The position numbers and the translations under genes were made by a program. 64,000 nucleotides of DNA. Source: the human T2T-CHM13v2.0 reference genome, Homo sapiens. A model generated the notes under the pieces. That model saw only the letters and a list, made by a program, of their open reading frames with translations. It was not told the origin of the DNA and ran no database searches. This document shows positions 61,980 through 64,000 of this stretch, one piece after another. Positions within the stretch are counted from its first letter, which is position 1. Every line of letters starts with the position of its first letter. The stretch is taken from NCBI RefSeq assembly GCF_009914755.1, contig NC_060930.1; one strand, written 5' to 3'.

Positions 61980-63957
61980 CTCAAGTTCTTATTTAGGGAA
62001 AATATATTTACCTGTAATGGTGTAATCTATATATCCATTTGGTTCTCATTCTTCCCCTCCACCCTATACAGAATAAACATCCCTCCTACAATCCTTCAGA
62101 TATGTGAAGACAATCATCATGTCATAACTGTTCTATAACTGAGCCATCACTAACAAAGACTTGTCTCCTAAGCCTATCAGAGCCAGGATGTTTATTCATC
62201 CTTGCCACTCAGCAACTGAAAGATCCTCATCTCTAGAGTAGATTGGTGGTGGTACTTCTCAGATGAAAAGCCTGTGATGTGGTTGTGTTGTGTTGATGAG
62301 TTACTGCTGAAGACACTAGAGCCAGAGAGGAAATCCTAATCCTAGAGCCCAGGCAAGAGCCGCAGATTTGAATTAAGTTGGTGGCAGCAAAGGCAGGGAC
62401 CATGATGTTTTACCTGCACCAAAAAACAAAACCAAGAACTTTCAATTTGTGTCATTGACATTCAACTGAGCCTGTAATTTTCTAGTTATGGCCTTGAGCT
62501 CCATTTTACTGGCAGCTCTGCCACTGGCCAGATGCATACCCTTGGGCAATCCTCCTCACTGCTCCCGGGTTCCTCTCTGATATGCAAAGGCACATGCTGC
62601 TTTTCTGCCTAGTAAACAACACCCCCCCTCCCCCCCCCCCGCCCACAGCTAAGATGTCATTTCTCCAGGAACCCTTTCCTAACTCCTACCCCTCACTCCA
62701 AGACTGGCCTCTGTCTTCCGATGCACCCAATGCTCACCTCTATTCACTTACTTCATTGTATTTTAATCACCTATTTACTTGTCTGTCTCTACTGTACTGG
62801 AAGTTCTTTAACACTGAGGACTCAGTCCCTAGCACTTAACTCAGTGCTTCGCATATACCAGAACTCAGAAAAAAATTTGTTGAAAAAAGGAAGAAAGGAA
62901 AGTGAAAAGGAAGAGAGATGATAAAATTAGGAAGTTGGACTAAATTATCTAAGTACCTCTTACAGCTAAACTCTATGGTGCTTTGTTCTTAGGTGCTATA
63001 TTTAATGACAACCTGAGATTTTTGGAAATTTAGATTTCTCTAGTAAGAGAATGGGTTTCAAGTGATTGTACCAAAATAGGAAAACTATAAATATATATTC
63101 ATACATATAGTAAAATGTTAAGACTGAGATTTAGAATTCATTTAATGAGCCCAAATTGTATTTTATGTATGAGTAAACTGAGGCACAGTAAGACTAAGTT
63201 AACTGCCCAAACTCTTCCACCTGGTTAGTGGGAAAATAACATTTCCAACCCTGATCTTTCTGGTTCCTGAACCAGGATAGCTGGACTGTACTTCCCCATT
63301 TTTGAAAAAGCTGCTAAAAACTTGGTTACAAACTTTAAGTGACACGTTTCTCCATTTATGTGGTGGTTATAGCAACGTACAACTCTCTATTTATAAATTA
63401 AACCTTGAGAAACACCCATCTCCACTCCTAGACAAACCAATGAACATTAGTCTTATTTTTCTCCCAGAAATGTCAGAGGGTGTTACAGTGCTACACGAGA
63501 TGACTCCTGCAAGTTGCTTGCTAGATAGAGTTGCAGTTCATGTGAATTGCTTTCAGCCAGGTTGGGTATCCAAGCTCAATGTTCTGGTGTTAAGCCATAG
63601 GGAAGTGTTGCCATGAGACCAGCTTCTTGGCAAGTAGCCCTGAGGTGCAGCTGTAAGGTGACCCAGTGCAGTCCTGAGGCCAGAGCCCTGTGCTCAGTGC
63701 CAGAAAACTTGAGCCAAACTTTGGAACTAATTCCCAGGGCACTGAAATTGGTCTCAATTAAAATTTTAGATGAAAAGGGTTTTTGTTTGTCCTGAAGAAC
63801 CACTTCAATTTATAAACTCATAGAGAAAGTAGATATTTTGCCGGTGTACTTGGAATACCTTTCAGAAGCCAAACCCTTAAAAAAAAAAAAGACATTAGAT
63901 TATTTAAGAAGTTATAAATTTTTTTCTTTTTCTTCTGTATTTTAATAGGTACGAACC

Positions 63958-64000
63958 ATAATATATATATATATAGTTTTTTTTTTTTTTTTTTTTTTTT
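63958..64000. repeat. (TA)n plus poly-T, probably the tail of a minus-strand retroelement beyond the window
   Basis: Low-complexity run at the window edge. Confidence 0.7.

Overview
Primate (human-like) genomic DNA covering the 5' end of REV3L (catalytic subunit of DNA polymerase zeta, minus strand) and its bidirectional CpG-island promoter (~11.3-13.3 kb). About 11.7 kb of REV3L intron 1 lies to the left. About 51 kb of repeat-rich, non-coding sequence lies to the right, which from knowledge of human 6q21 should be the divergent lncRNA TRAF3IP2-AS1. The only supportable protein-coding sequence is REV3L coding exon 1 (11749-11887). I see no new protein-coding system; almost every other ORF in the track is Alu-, L1- or GC-derived noise. 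The most interesting signals are: (1) stacked REV3L repression features, namely a strong-Kozak 43-aa uORF, a 19-bp mRNA-strand-specific hairpin ending 3 nt before the AUG, and a 128-nt poison exon (1017-1144) carrying an immediate stop plus its own Met-Glu-stop uORF; (2) an L1PA with an intact 5' end, truncated at its 3' end, lacking a poly(A) tail yet bounded by a 17-bp TSD (internal-priming signature), which retains an open ORF0 and splice donors pointing along the lncRNA; (3) an Alu carrying an inverted ~110-bp copy of sequence ~1.1 kb away. Repeat boundaries and subfamily names were called by eye and are approximate.
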